Shown here: piece after piece, positions 19,020-27,676 of the stretch
Position numbering within the stretch: position 1 is the stretch's first letter
How the letters are laid out: each line of letters opens with the position of its first letter
Sequence record: SRR2962707_1149
Strand: one strand, 5' to 3'
DNA: 37,602 bases
Translations under genes and position numbers: made by a program
Notes under the pieces: generated by a model
What the model was told of the DNA's origin: nothing
What the model saw: the letters and a program-made list of their open reading frames with translations, nothing else
The model's database searches: none

Positions 19020-20045
19020 ATGGCTCATTGCAAAGCGATGATTGTTGGGTGTGCTTCAACGCGTTTAACTGAGGAGGAAGCCGCCGCCTTTGCCGATCAA
19101 AAGCCTTGGGGGCTTATTCTCTTTGCGCGCAATATTGGCACACGCGAAGAGATTATCGCTTTAACGGGCCATTTTCGCGATATTGTTGGCCGCGATGACG
19201 CGCCGATATTTATTGACCAAGAAGGTGGCCGCGTGCAGCGCATTAAAGCGCCGATCACGCAAAATTATCCAACGGGTGCACAGCTTGGTGCAATTTATGC
19301 CCGCGATAAAGAGCAGGGCATGTTTGCGGCTAAAATGATGTCACGGCTTCATGCGGCAGATCTTTTGCCGCTCGGCATTAATGCCAACTGCTTGCCGGTG
19401 CTTGATGTGCCTGTCGTGGGTGCCCATGATGTGATTGGCAACCGTGCTTATGGCCATACGGCGCAAGCGGTGGCCGATATGGGTTTGGCGGCGGCTGAAG
19501 GCCTTTTGGAAGGCGGTGTTCTGCCGGTCATCAAACATATTCCGGGCCATGGCCGTTCTATGGTTGATAGCCACAAGGGATTGCCGCGCGTAGACACAGA
19601 TATTGAAGCATTGCGGGCTCAAGATTTTGAACCATTCAAGCAATTAGCCCATATGCCGATGGCGATGACGGCCCATGTTATCTACACAGCCATCGATGGC
19701 GAAGCGCCAGCGACCACCTCAAAAGCTGTAATTCAAGACATTATTCGCGGTGAAATTGGTTTTGACGGCCTTTTAATGACAGATGACCTGTCAATGCATG
19801 CACTTTCTGGGGATTTCGGCGATAGAACGAAGGCATCCTTTGCAGCGGGGTGCGATGTCGTATTACATTGTAATGGCTTGATGGGCGAAATGGTGCCGGT
19901 ATGTGAGGCAACGCCTATATTAAGCGGCAAGGCTCTTGAGCGGGCTGAAGCGGCAACAGCGCTGCTTCATAAGCCCAAGGCGGTATCTGATGAGATTGCC
20001 GCTCTGAGAGAAGATTTTAACGCGCTGGTGAGCGCAAACGCTTAA
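19020..20045 (+). CDS. nagZ: Beta-N-acetylhexosaminidase (GH3)
   Basis: GLILFARN, IDQEGGRVQR, KHIPGHG...DSH, MTDDLSM. Confidence 0.95.
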   Translation: MAHCKAMIVGCASTRLTEEEAAAFADQKPWGLILFARNIGTREEIIALTGHFRDIVGRDDAPIFIDQEGGRVQRIKAPITQNYPTGAQLGAIYARDKEQGMFAAKMMSRLHAADLLPLGINANCLPVLDVPVVGAHDVIGNRAYGHTAQAVADMGLAAAEGLLEGGVLPVIKHIPGHGRSMVDSHKGLPRVDTDIEALRAQDFEPFKQLAHMPMAMTAHVIYTAIDGEAPATTSKAVIQDIIRGEIGFDGLLMTDDLSMHALSGDFGDRTKASFAAGCDVVLHCNGLMGEMVPVCEATPILSGKALERAEAATALLHKPKAVSDEIAALREDFNALVSANA

Positions 20046-20107
20046 CGCTTAAGCATCGCCCACCAGCTAATCGACCTTTTAAAGGGTCACAGCTGGGATT
20101 GTTGGCG

Positions 20108-20962
20108 ATGGCCACCCAAGGTGCACAGAAGATCAATCAGAACGGCGGTAAATCCGGCGTCCCGATGGATTCTGTCTGGGAAACACAATCACCGGAACGC
20201 CTGACCGATGAAGAAGCGCTGGTTATTGATGTTGATGGCTTTGAAGGCCCAATGGATTTGCTGCTGCATCTTGCGCGCAATCAAAAGGTTGATTTGACGC
20301 AAATCTCGGTTTTGGAACTGGCGCGCCAATATTTGAAGTTCGTGGAACAGGCCAAAGCTATCCGCATTGAACTGGCAGCAGATTATCTGGTCATGGCAGC
20401 ATGGCTGGCTTTCCTAAAGTCGAAATTGCTTATTCCTAAGCCAACCAATGACAATGGGCCAAGCGGCGAAGAAATGGCTGCAATTCTGCAATACCGCCTG
20501 CAACGCCTTGAGGCGATGCGCGAAGCGGCTGCGCGGTTGATCCACCGCAATCGGCTTGGACGCGACTTTTTTGCCCGTGGTATGCCCGAAACGGTCATTT
20601 TGGAAAAGAAATCAGAGTTTAGCGCTTCGTTTTATGATCTGTTGGCTGCCTATTCAGGTGGCCGTCAGCGCCATGTGATGAATGATGATTATGAGATAAT
20701 GCGCCGTCCTGTTTGGTCACTCAAAGAAGCGCGCACGATTTTGCAGCGTCTTGTGGGCGACATGAAGGACTGGACCGCGCTTGATAGTTTCTTCCTTGCT
20801 TATATTCCAACGGCTAAAGAACGCAGAACGGCGATTGCTAGCGGCTTTGCTGCAAGTTTGGAATTGGTGCGTGAAGGCATTTTAGAGATACGTCAGGACC
20901 AAGCGTTTGCGCCGATTTATTTGCGCGATAAAGTGGTTGGTTCTGCGAAAGCGAGTGAATAA
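20108..20962 (+). CDS. scpA: Segregation and condensation protein A
   Basis: DGFEGPMDLLLHLAR, AADYLVMAAWLAFLKSKLL, FAASLELVREG; start uncertain (20099, 20108 or 20165). Confidence 0.92.
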   Translation: MATQGAQKINQNGGKSGVPMDSVWETQSPERLTDEEALVIDVDGFEGPMDLLLHLARNQKVDLTQISVLELARQYLKFVEQAKAIRIELAADYLVMAAWLAFLKSKLLIPKPTNDNGPSGEEMAAILQYRLQRLEAMREAAARLIHRNRLGRDFFARGMPETVILEKKSEFSASFYDLLAAYSGGRQRHVMNDDYEIMRRPVWSLKEARTILQRLVGDMKDWTALDSFFLAYIPTAKERRTAIASGFAASLELVREGILEIRQDQAFAPIYLRDKVVGSAKASE

Positions 20963-21753
20963 TGGATGAGATGATCGACGGCGGCGAGCCGAAGCACATT
21001 GATGAGCTGCATGACGCGATTGAAGATGCGTTTTCGTCTGACGCGGATTCCGATGATTTGGATAATGGTCCGACAATGATGGAAAATCCTGCCGCTCGGC
21101 TGGTGACTGCAGAAGCGATGCGCATGGCCGAAGCTTTGGTGTTTGCCTCCAGCGAACCTGTCACTGAAAAAGCGCTGCGTGATCGTCTGCCTGATGGCAT
21201 TGATGTTCATGCGTTGATGGAAGATTTGGCGCAGAGCTATGAGAAGCGCGGCGTTAATCTGCTGCGAGTCGACAATGCTTGGGCATTCCGCACGGCTGCT
21301 GATCTATCATTTTTGATGCAACGTGAGCAGGTTCAGCAGCGCAAATTGTCGCGTGCTGCGCTCGAAGTTTTGGCAATCATCGCATACCATCAGCCAGTAA
21401 CGCGCGCAGAAATGGAAGAAATTCGCGGCGTTGAGACTTCAAAAGGCACATTAGACGTGCTGCTTGAAACGGGCTGGATTAAATTGCGCGGTCGGCGCAA
21501 AACGCCTGGCAGACCTGTGACTTACGGCACAACGCTTGAGTTTATGGACCATTTTGGTCTTTCCGACATCCGTGATTTGCCAGGTATGGATGAACTTAAA
21601 GCGGCAGGCCTTCTATCTGCGCGTATGCCATCTGGCTTCTCTGTGCCAATGCCAACCATTGATCCTGATCAGCTAACTGATGATGAAGAAGAGCTTGGCG
21701 ATATTGATCTTGAGGAACTTGGCCTTTTAACACCATTGGCGGTTGACGATTGA
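20962..21753 (+). CDS. scpB: Segregation and condensation protein B
   Basis: EALVFAS, LSRAALEVLAIIAYHQPVTRAE, PGRPVTYGTT..FMDHFGL; TAATG overlap with scpA. Confidence 0.95.
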   Translation: MDEMIDGGEPKHIDELHDAIEDAFSSDADSDDLDNGPTMMENPAARLVTAEAMRMAEALVFASSEPVTEKALRDRLPDGIDVHALMEDLAQSYEKRGVNLLRVDNAWAFRTAADLSFLMQREQVQQRKLSRAALEVLAIIAYHQPVTRAEMEEIRGVETSKGTLDVLLETGWIKLRGRRKTPGRPVTYGTTLEFMDHFGLSDIRDLPGMDELKAAGLLSARMPSGFSVPMPTIDPDQLTDDEEELGDIDLEELGLLTPLAVDD

Positions 21754-21829
21754 CATTGCAGACCCAATTTGCGCTATAAGCGGACAAATTCAGTCAGGTA
21801 TGGCTTCCTCAAGCAGCAAGAAATTTCAT

Positions 21830-22939
21830 ATGGCTTTGGCAGCGCCCAATAAAATTGCACGAACTGGTGTCTCCTTTGCTGCAGAACTCGTGTTCGAAGA
21901 TCTGCATTTGCATTATGGCAATGCGCATATTCTCAAGGGCATTTCGCTCAAAGTAGCCCCGGGTGAAGTGCTTTGCTTACTTGGGCCTTCTGGCTCCGGC
22001 AAAACCTCTATGTTGCGTGTTGCAGCCGGTCTTGAAGCGCAAACATCTGGCCGTGTCTTGCTCAATGGCAAGGAAATCGCAGGGCCAAATGTGTTTTTGC
22101 CGCCTGAAAAGCGCTCTATTGGTCTGATGTTTCAGGACTTTGCTTTGTTCCCGCATATGACGAGCTTGGACAATGTGCGCTTTGGTCTGACATCAATGGC
22201 AGCCGATATGGCTAAGCGTGAGGCGCTGGGTGCCATTCGCCGTGTTGGCCTTGAGCATCATATTAATTCATATCCCAATGTTTTATCGGGCGGTGAGCAG
22301 CAGCGCGTTGCTTTGGCGCGGGCGCTTGCGCCGCGTCCATCGGTCATGCTGATGGACGAGCCGTTTTCCGGTTTGGACACGCGATTGAAAGACTCAATCC
22401 GCGCTGAAACCTTGGGAATTTTGCATGAAATGCGCGCGACAACCATCGTTGTGACCCATGATGCGGAAGAGGCGATGCGCATGGGCGACCGCATTGCGCT
22501 GCTTGATGAAGGCAAAATTGTGCAGATTGGCACGGCCCAAGAGATTTATAATGCGCCTGCTAATCTTTTTGTTGCCGGATTTTTTGCGGAAATGAATGTT
22601 TTTGATGGTGTCCTTAACGATGGTTTTGTGGATACGCCTCTTGGCATTTTGCCTGCCCCAGAACAGTCAAATTCGCTATCTACGGGCAGCGCTGTTAAGG
22701 TGGCTGTGCGTAACTCCGGCATCGAGCTAAAGCCAGCAAAACAAGGCGATTCAGGCGTTTGGGCGCGCATAACAGCGCGCAGATTTTTGGGTGATTTTGA
22801 ACAGCTGAGTTTAGCCGTAAACGGGTGCGATGAATTGATAAGCGCGCGTGTACGTGCCGATGAATTGCCATCTAATGCGAAAGACGTAGTTATAAAAGTT
22901 CGCAATCGGGACATAATGCTATTTGAAACTGCACAATAA
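21830..22939 (+). CDS. ABC transporter ATP-binding protein (PotA/FbpC-like, C-terminal TOBE-like region)
   Basis: Walker A GPSGSGKT, FQDFALFPH, LSGGEQQR, MLMDEP, VTHD; start uncertain (21800 or 21830). Confidence 0.88.
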   Translation: MALAAPNKIARTGVSFAAELVFEDLHLHYGNAHILKGISLKVAPGEVLCLLGPSGSGKTSMLRVAAGLEAQTSGRVLLNGKEIAGPNVFLPPEKRSIGLMFQDFALFPHMTSLDNVRFGLTSMAADMAKREALGAIRRVGLEHHINSYPNVLSGGEQQRVALARALAPRPSVMLMDEPFSGLDTRLKDSIRAETLGILHEMRATTIVVTHDAEEAMRMGDRIALLDEGKIVQIGTAQEIYNAPANLFVAGFFAEMNVFDGVLNDGFVDTPLGILPAPEQSNSLSTGSAVKVAVRNSGIELKPAKQGDSGVWARITARRFLGDFEQLSLAVNGCDELISARVRADELPSNAKDVVIKVRNRDIMLFETAQ

Positions 22940-23012
22940 GAAGATTAGATAGACATAGAGGCGAAGCGCGGCTTAGCCGTGACGCATTACAAGTCGTTGA
23001 GGAGAACGGATT

Positions 23013-23243
23013 ATGGGTATTACAGGTTGGTGGCAGTGGGTCATCGTTTTAGTGATCGTATTGTTGCTATTTGGTCGTGGCAAAATCCCTGAATTGATGG
23101 GCGATGTAGCTAAGGGCATTAAAAGCTTCAAAAAAGGCATGGCGGACGATCCGGAAACTGCTGAAAAAGACGAAGCGAACAAAACTGTTGAGCATAGTGC
23201 TGAGGATGTCGTCACAACGACAAAATCAAAAGCTAAAAGCTAA
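23013..23243 (+). CDS. tatA: Twin-arginine translocase TatA
   Basis: [44 protein letters not shown]. Confidence 0.96.
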   Translation: MGITGWWQWVIVLVIVLLLFGRGKIPELMGDVAKGIKSFKKGMADDPETAEKDEANKTVEHSAEDVVTTTKSKAKS

Positions 23244-23278
23244 TCCCTTCAATCTTATTTTTGCGCAAGGCCTAAGCC

Positions 23279-23926
23279 ATGTTGCCTGATTTTGGCTGGA
23301 CTGAATTACTCGTCATTGCCATCGTTTTGATCGTTGTGGTCGGACCGAAAGATTTGCCGCGCGTTGTGCGCGGCTTTTCAAAAACCTTAGGCTCAGCCAA
23401 AAAGATGGCGGGCGACTTCCGCAAGCAATTCGATGAAGCGTTAAGTGACGCGGAAATGGATGATCTTAAAACGCTTGCCAAAGATGTGCGTTCGCTCGAT
23501 CCACGCTCGCAGATTAAAAATGCGCTGAACCCGCTTTCTAAAGTGGGCCAAGACATATCTAAAGAGTTTAAGAGCGCAGCCAGTTCTATTGAAGAAGCGG
23601 TAGCGGAACCAAAAGAACCGGTTAAGCGCAATTTGTCGCCGCAAGAAGCCTATCCGCAATTAGGCAAAAAGCCTGAGGCTGAGCCGGTTGCTGCGGCCGA
23701 GTTGGACAAGAAAACGCCTGCTAAAAAGGCGCCCGCTAAGAAAGTGGCCGCTAAAAAGCCTGCAGCTAAACCTGCAACGGCTAAGGCGGCGACTGCTAAA
23801 GCAGCGGTCGCTAAACCAGCGGCGGCAAAGCCTGCAACTCCCAAAACGACCGCAGCTGCGAAGAAGGTACCTGTGAAAAAGGCCGCATCACCGCGGACTA
23901 AGAAACCAACGGCGGGTGACGCGTGA
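23279..23926 (+). CDS. tatB: Twin-arginine translocase TatB with a Lys/Ala/Pro-rich tail
   Basis: DFGWTELLVIAIVLIVVVGPKDLP; located between tatA and tatC. Confidence 0.94.
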   Translation: MLPDFGWTELLVIAIVLIVVVGPKDLPRVVRGFSKTLGSAKKMAGDFRKQFDEALSDAEMDDLKTLAKDVRSLDPRSQIKNALNPLSKVGQDISKEFKSAASSIEEAVAEPKEPVKRNLSPQEAYPQLGKKPEAEPVAAAELDKKTPAKKAPAKKVAAKKPAAKPATAKAATAKAAVAKPAAAKPATPKTTAAAKKVPVKKAASPRTKKPTAGDA

Positions 23927-24762
23927 GTTCTTTCAAAGACGATGTAGAAGCTTCTGCAGCACCTTTAATGGAGCATCTTAAAGAGCTGCGCACGCGGCTT
24001 CTTTATTGTATTGCGGGCTTTTTTCTAGGCTTCGTGCTTTGCTATTCCTTCGCCACGCCCATATTCAACTTTCTGGTCGTGCCTTATACGGTTGCGGCCG
24101 GCTGGCTTGATATGGATTTGTCGAAAATCCGATTTGTTTATACCGCGCCGCAGGAGTTCTTCTTTACGCAAATCAAAATTGCCGCTTTCGGTGGATTGGT
24201 TCTGTCGTTTCCAGTGATTGCGATGCAGATCTACCGCTTTGTTGCGCCCGGTCTTTATTCTAATGAGCGTTCAGCTTTCGCACCATTTCTGATTGCCACG
24301 CCAATTTTGTTTCTTATGGGCGCAGCATTGGTTTACTTCCTCATCATTCCAATGGCGATGTGGTTTTTCTTGTCACTTGAGCAACCGGCGAGCGCCGGTG
24401 TCGTGGCGATTGAAAACCTGCCCAAGGTGTCTGAATATTTATCCCTCGTGATGACGTTGATCTTTGCCTTTGGCTTGGTGTTCCAATTGCCTGTGGCAAT
24501 GACCTTGCTTGGCAAAGCTGGGCTGGTCTCATCGGCAGGTCTTGTTGAAAAGCGCAAATATGCGATCGTGATCGCCTTTGTTGCCGCTGCAATTTTGACA
24601 CCGCCAGATCCACTGACGCAGCTTGGCTTGGCTTTGCCGACCTTGGCGCTTTATGAGCTTTCAATTTATCTCGTTCGCCGTGTTGAGGCTGGTCGTCCAG
24701 TCGTAGAAGACGATGATGACGATGAAGATGATGAGCCAGTTTCTGACGTTGAGAAGAGTTGA
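23923..24762 (+). CDS. tatC: Twin-arginine translocase TatC
   Basis: GTG start overlapping the tatB stop; PLMEHLKELRTRL, FVAPGLY, FGLVFQLP, AAILTPPDP, LYELSI. Confidence 0.96.
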   Translation: MSSFKDDVEASAAPLMEHLKELRTRLLYCIAGFFLGFVLCYSFATPIFNFLVVPYTVAAGWLDMDLSKIRFVYTAPQEFFFTQIKIAAFGGLVLSFPVIAMQIYRFVAPGLYSNERSAFAPFLIATPILFLMGAALVYFLIIPMAMWFFLSLEQPASAGVVAIENLPKVSEYLSLVMTLIFAFGLVFQLPVAMTLLGKAGLVSSAGLVEKRKYAIVIAFVAAAILTPPDPLTQLGLALPTLALYELSIYLVRRVEAGRPVVEDDDDDEDDEPVSDVEKS

Positions 24763-24865
24763 GCGCCTTGATTTAGGCAAAACACCTTGACCTGTTTGTT
24801 CATTTACGCGATTGACAGCGCGCAATGATCGCACGGCACATCGTGCTAGTTTAAGGTAGTTTTAG

Positions 24866-26143
24866 ATGCTTGATATTCGCTGGATTCGTGAAAACCCTGA
24901 AGCACTTGATGCCGCGCTTGCAAAGCGCGGTGCTGAACCACAAGCTGAGGCTTTGATTGGTTTGGATGAGGAGCGCCGCGCCCATGTGGGCAAAGTGCAG
25001 GAAGCGCAGTCGCGCCGCAATTCGGTCTCTAAAGAAATTGGCGCTGCGATGGGGCAGGGTGACACTGAAAAAGCAGAAGCGCTTAAAGCCGAAGTTGCGA
25101 ACCTAAAAACATTTCTTCAAGACGCAGAAGAAATTGAGCGTCAGCTGAATGAAAATTTAAAAGACGCGCTTTCACGCATTCCAAACATTCCGCTTGATGA
25201 TGTGCCAGTTGGCGCGGATGAAGAGGGCAATGTTGTCGTCCACACCGTCGGCAATGTGCCTGAGTTTAATTTTGCCCCAAAAGAGCATTTTGAACTGGGC
25301 GAAGCGCTCGGCATGATGGATTTTGAAACCGCTGCGAAAATGTCTGGTTCACGCTTTACAGTTTTGTCTGGCGGACTTGCGCGCCTTGAACGCGCGCTTG
25401 GTCAATTCATGCTCGACCTTCATACCCAAGAGCACGGCTATCTTGAAATACAGCCGCCGCTTTTGGTGCGTGATGAGGCGATGTACGGAACAGGTCAGTT
25501 GCCGAAATTTGGCGAAGATTTGTATCGCACAACGGCTGATCATTGGTTGATCCCAACAGCAGAAGTGTCGCTCACCAATATGGTGTCTGGCGATATTTTG
25601 GACGGCGAGACATTGCCGCGCCGCTATACAGCGCTAACACCTTGTTTCCGCTCGGAAGCAGGATCAGCAGGGCGCGACACAAAAGGTTATTTGCGTCAGC
25701 ACCAGTTCTACAAAGTTGAGATGGTGTCAATCACGGACGAAGATAGTTCAATTGCTGAACTTGATCGCATGACAAAATGCGCTGAAACCGTGCTTGAAAA
25801 GCTCGGTCTTGCCTTCCGCACGATGTTGCTTTGCACCGGCGATATGGGCTTTGGTGCGCGTAAAACCAATGACATTGAAGTCTGGTTGCCTGGCCAAAAC
25901 GCATATCGTGAAATTTCATCTTGTTCTGTGTGCGGTGACTTCCAAGGCCGCCGGATGAATGCGCGCTATCGCGGCAAAGACGATAAAAACACGACATTTG
26001 TGCACACATTGAATGGTTCGGGCGTTGCGCTTGGCCGTGCATTGATCGCGGTGATGGAAAACTATCAGAACGAAGATGGTTCTATTCGTGTGCCTGAGGT
26101 TCTAAAACCTTATATGGGCGGCCTCGAAGTGGTTAAAGCGTAA
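24866..26143 (+). CDS. serS: Serine--tRNA ligase
   Basis: [39 protein letters not shown]. Confidence 0.98.
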   Translation: MLDIRWIRENPEALDAALAKRGAEPQAEALIGLDEERRAHVGKVQEAQSRRNSVSKEIGAAMGQGDTEKAEALKAEVANLKTFLQDAEEIERQLNENLKDALSRIPNIPLDDVPVGADEEGNVVVHTVGNVPEFNFAPKEHFELGEALGMMDFETAAKMSGSRFTVLSGGLARLERALGQFMLDLHTQEHGYLEIQPPLLVRDEAMYGTGQLPKFGEDLYRTTADHWLIPTAEVSLTNMVSGDILDGETLPRRYTALTPCFRSEAGSAGRDTKGYLRQHQFYKVEMVSITDEDSSIAELDRMTKCAETVLEKLGLAFRTMLLCTGDMGFGARKTNDIEVWLPGQNAYREISSCSVCGDFQGRRMNARYRGKDDKNTTFVHTLNGSGVALGRALIAVMENYQNEDGSIRVPEVLKPYMGGLEVVKA

Positions 26144-26907
26144 TGCGTATTTTGATCACCAATGATGATGGTTATGATGCGCCGGGTATTGAAGTTCTCG
26201 AGCGAATTGCCCGCACAATCAGTGATGATGTGTGGGTTGTTGCGCCGCTGACCGATCAGTCCGGTGTTGGCCATGGCCTCACGATGAATGATCCCCTGCG
26301 TTTGCGCAAAATTGACGAGCGGCATTATGCACTCAACGGCACGCCAGCAGACTGTATCATCATGGCGGTGAGATCGGTGATGGATCGAGAGCCAGACTTG
26401 ATCTTATCAGGCGTCAATGCAGGCCATAATATTGCGCAATATGTGACCTATTCAGGCACAGTGGCAGGTGCGCTTGAGGGCACAATCATGGGCATTCGCT
26501 CGATTGCGCTTAGCCAAGGTTATAACTACGATGCTGATGTGAAATCGATGTTTTGGGATGTGGTTGAAGATCACGCGCCAGCGCTTCTTAAAAAACTCAT
26601 CACGATGGATTTGCCAGCTGATACGTTTCTCAATTTGAATTTCCCGAACTGTCATTCAAATGAAGTTAAAGGCGTTCGCGCGACAGAGCAGGGCCGTTTT
26701 GATCATAGCCTGTCGATGAGCGAGCATGTTGATGGGCGCGGTAAGCCTTATTTTTGGTTGAGTTTTATGCGCGGCGAAGACCGTGATCATGCAATGTCTG
26801 ACATTGACGCGGTCAAGCAGGATTATATTTCTGTCACGCCGCTTAAACTTGATTTAACGGATCATGGTGTAGTCGATTCAATTGAGGCGGTCTTGGCACA
26901 AGAGTGA
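26143..26907 (+). CDS. surE: 5'/3'-nucleotidase SurE
   Basis: [41 protein letters not shown] overlap with serS. Confidence 0.96.
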   Translation: MRILITNDDGYDAPGIEVLERIARTISDDVWVVAPLTDQSGVGHGLTMNDPLRLRKIDERHYALNGTPADCIIMAVRSVMDREPDLILSGVNAGHNIAQYVTYSGTVAGALEGTIMGIRSIALSQGYNYDADVKSMFWDVVEDHAPALLKKLITMDLPADTFLNLNFPNCHSNEVKGVRATEQGRFDHSLSMSEHVDGRGKPYFWLSFMRGEDRDHAMSDIDAVKQDYISVTPLKLDLTDHGVVDSIEAVLAQE

Positions 26908-26920
26908 GCTGCGCGAATTG

Positions 26921-27571
26921 ATGAACTTGATTACAACAGACCGCGAAGGTTTTGCAGCATTCTTGCTGCGTATGCGCGCTAAAGGCGTTGATGATCGCCA
27001 TCTCATGTCTGCCTTCGAGGCTGTTCCACGGCGGGAATTTATCCGCGCTGAATTCTTTGACAGTGTTTGGAGTTCAAGAATGGTGCCGCTGGATTGCGGT
27101 GAAACGCTTGAAGGGGCCGATATTCAAGCGACGATCATCCGCGAGTTGGAAGTTGCGTCCGAACATCTGGTGTTTGAATTAGGCACAGGTTCTGGCTTTA
27201 CAGCATCCGTTTTGAGCAAATTGGCAAAGCGTGTTTATACGATTGAGCGATTTCGCTCATTACAGGAAGCCGCCGCCGCGCGCTTCAGGCAGTTGAAGAT
27301 TGATAATATTATCTCGCTGCACGGTGATGCGACCAAGGGCTGCGCGCATGGCCCTTTTGACCGTATCGTATCTTGGGCTGCATTCGAGCAAGTGCCGCGC
27401 CCCTTTATCGAGTATTTGGCTTCTGGCGGGGTGATGATTTGTCCTATTGGTGAGCCTGATGCTGAGCAAGATTTGGTTAAGCTCACTAAAGTTGGCAGTC
27501 GTTTTGAGCGTGAAGATCTGTTCAAAATCCGCACTCAGCCGCTTCACTTAAAAATCCCTGAGATACTTTAG
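26921..27571 (+). CDS. pcm: Protein-L-isoaspartate O-methyltransferase (surE-linked copy)
   Basis: AFEAVPRREF, ELGTGSGFTASVL, VYTIER, GPFDRI; surE-pcm-nlpD order; ATG at 26921. Confidence 0.85.
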   Translation: MNLITTDREGFAAFLLRMRAKGVDDRHLMSAFEAVPRREFIRAEFFDSVWSSRMVPLDCGETLEGADIQATIIRELEVASEHLVFELGTGSGFTASVLSKLAKRVYTIERFRSLQEAAAARFRQLKIDNIISLHGDATKGCAHGPFDRIVSWAAFEQVPRPFIEYLASGGVMICPIGEPDAEQDLVKLTKVGSRFEREDLFKIRTQPLHLKIPEIL

Positions 27572-27612
27572 AGTCTATTTTTGGTTACTTTTTTAGCCTT
27601 TTTTCCGAATTA

Positions 27613-27663
27613 TTAACCGTAGAGTAAGATTAACAGTCTCTAATGCTACCTTAATATTAAGGT
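27613..27663. promoter_or_regulatory. Cluster of CtrA-like sites and a 16-bp palindrome upstream of the LysM/M23 gene
   Basis: TTAA-N7-GTAA (27613-27627), CTAA-N7-TTAA (27640-27654), perfect palindrome ACCTTAATATTAAGGT (27648-27663). Confidence 0.5.
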
Positions 27664-27676
27664 TGCAGGACATGTT

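Noticed and set aside
20063-20096. Hairpin CCAGCT..GACCTT-TTAA-AGGGTC..AGCTGG between nagZ and scpA
   Set aside because: No U tract and no known riboswitch pattern; function cannot be supported from sequence alone
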